Shown here: positions 26,258-27,257 of the stretch, one piece after another | How the letters are laid out: each line of letters opens with the position of its first letter | How positions within the stretch are numbered: the stretch's first letter is position 1 | Virus record (IMG/VR): IMGVR_UViG_3300038475_000107 | Location: 1 to 27,257 of that record | Origin: a virus | Taxonomy: Duplodnaviria > Caudoviricetes | Strand: one strand, 5' to 3' | Length of the DNA: 27,257 bases | Program-made: the position numbers and the translations under genes | Notes under the pieces: generated by a model | Databases searched by the model: none | Seen by the model: the letters and a program-made list of their open reading frames with translations, nothing else | Told to the model about the DNA's origin: nothing

Positions 26258-26553
26258 TGATCAAGATCCGTTGCGCCCGCAAGGCACCGAACGCCAAGTT
26301 GTTCGATTCACGCGAGTTCACGGTGTTGACGAACGCACGTGGCGAGGTATTGGTCGACACGACGCTCTCGCACCGTGAATGGACAGATCCAGACGATCCG
26401 TACCAGCTCGTCGTCTTCACACGCAAGAAGCAAGCAGCTGGTGCCGAGCACAAGATAGTGTTCGAGGAGCATGACTTGAAAGTCGTAGAGCTTTCGTCTG
26501 CTGTCGGTAGACAATACGTGGTCGCAGTCAAACCAGGAGGAGCCAAGAGATGA
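26257..26553 (+). CDS. Hypothetical protein, 98 aa
   Basis: TGATG and ATGA coupling on its two sides. Confidence 0.7.
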   Translation: MIKIRCARKAPNAKLFDSREFTVLTNARGEVLVDTTLSHREWTDPDDPYQLVVFTRKKQAAGAEHKIVFEEHDLKVVELSSAVGRQYVVAVKPGGAKR

Positions 26554-27257
26554 GCAACAGGACAATCGAGAAGGTCGAGATCATCGGTGCTGAAAACCAA
26601 GACGATCAACCTGGATTTCTGAAGTTGCACGTATTCGATGCCGACGACGTCGACGAAGTCGTCGATGTCCCACGTTTCCCGAAACGTGACGATTTTTGGA
26701 AGCTGTTCATAGATGCAAAGGACGACGTGCTCATGTCAATCGGAGGGCCGGTTTGCAAGACGGCGCTCAACGTCTTCGAGCTTGAAGAGGATGCTTGGGA
26801 TACTGGATTTGCGATCCAAGGCATTCCAGGTTTCATCTTTCGGTACGAATATCAGCCAGAGAAGATCGTCAAAGACGGCAACTCGCCGGACGTCCCGGCA
26901 CATTTCAAGCTGATATTGCACGGGCGTGATCCGAAGTCCAATATCGACGAAGGGTTTCTCTTTGATCTGCTGGGCAATGCGGCATTGAACGCCGAACGGT
27001 TAGACCGAGCACTATCGTACGATGCTGAAAAGGCAAGACGTGAGCGCGATGAGGCTTCGAAGACTGTTGAAGGACTTCGTCGTGAGATCGCTGTTGCGCA
27101 TGACCAGCTTGCAAGCCTCTCGCTACGGCTCAACCAAGAGACCGCGAATTCAGCTGTTTCGGCAAAGAAGATCGACGTGCTCACTTGGACGGTCAAACAA
27201 TACGCCGAGAAGTCGAACTGGGGCGTTGGCGCAGTAGAGTTCAAAGGGCCGGCTCCT
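26550..27257 (+). CDS. 3'-truncated hypothetical protein with coiled-coil (at least 236 aa; not in ORF track)
   Basis: AGGAGG SD and ATGA overlap. MSNRTIEKVEIIGAENQDD... stays open to the window end. Confidence 0.8.
   Translation, partial: MSNRTIEKVEIIGAENQDDQPGFLKLHVFDADDVDEVVDVPRFPKRDDFWKLFIDAKDDVLMSIGGPVCKTALNVFELEEDAWDTGFAIQGIPGFIFRYEYQPEKIVKDGNSPDVPAHFKLILHGRDPKSNIDEGFLFDLLGNAALNAERLDRALSYDAEKARRERDEASKTVEGLRREIAVAHDQLASLSLRLNQETANSAVSAKKIDVLTWTVKQYAEKSNWGVGAVEFKGPAP

Larger units (their letters stand above)
1..27257 (+). mobile_element. Segment of a large tailed bacteriophage genome (head, baseplate, nucleotide metabolism and replication genes)
   Basis: Capsid, baseplate, primase, helicases, PolA and ThyX are co-oriented among many small unknown ORFs. 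No host housekeeping operon, integrase or att site is visible. The jumbo-phage affinity is from recollection of capsid sequences only. Confidence 0.93.

Noticed and set aside
2-27244. Minus-strand ORFs in the track (e.g. 3991-4836, 11766-12548, 875-1507)
   Set aside because: Antisense shadows of GC-rich + strand genes, with no motifs and no free space.
1-27257. Genome-wide UGA-to-Gly recoding (code 25)
   Set aside because: Capsid, primase, helicases and many others end cleanly at TGA, often in TGATG/ATGA overlaps. Only one gene is interrupted.
1-27257. tRNA, rRNA, integrase or att sites
   Set aside because: Intergenic gaps are short and none shows a cloverleaf or other recognisable signature.

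Overview
A fragment of a large tailed-phage genome (myovirus-like). Genes are densely packed, all on the + strand, and many overlap through ATGA/TGATG junctions. The order is: end of a head module (truncated scaffold-like gene, beta-rich head protein, major capsid protein, terminator); primase and SF2 helicase; baseplate hub fused to a lytic transglycosylase, spike and a companion protein; a nucleoside-deoxyribosyltransferase-like gene broken by an in-frame TGA; a tandem-domain ThyX; small accessory genes including an LRR-like repeat cassette; a PD-(D/E)XK nuclease; a family A DNA polymerase with a UDG-like N-domain, a mini-intein and a C-terminal Cys cluster; a histone-H1-like gene; more small genes; a degenerate DnaC-like protein, DnaB and a beta-clamp-like protein. 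From memory, the capsid protein resembles those of the PaBG/Lu11/RSL1/Y3-type jumbo phages; no search was run. Best leads: (1) an unannotated 28-aa ORF that is essentially only a type IV prepilin cleavage/methylation helix; (2) a TTGTAAAG motif exactly 7 nt before the start codons of three replication genes; (3) the GGA-to-TGA-like interruption next to thyX; (4) gene-start duplications at two junctions. No tRNA, rRNA or CRISPR array was seen.
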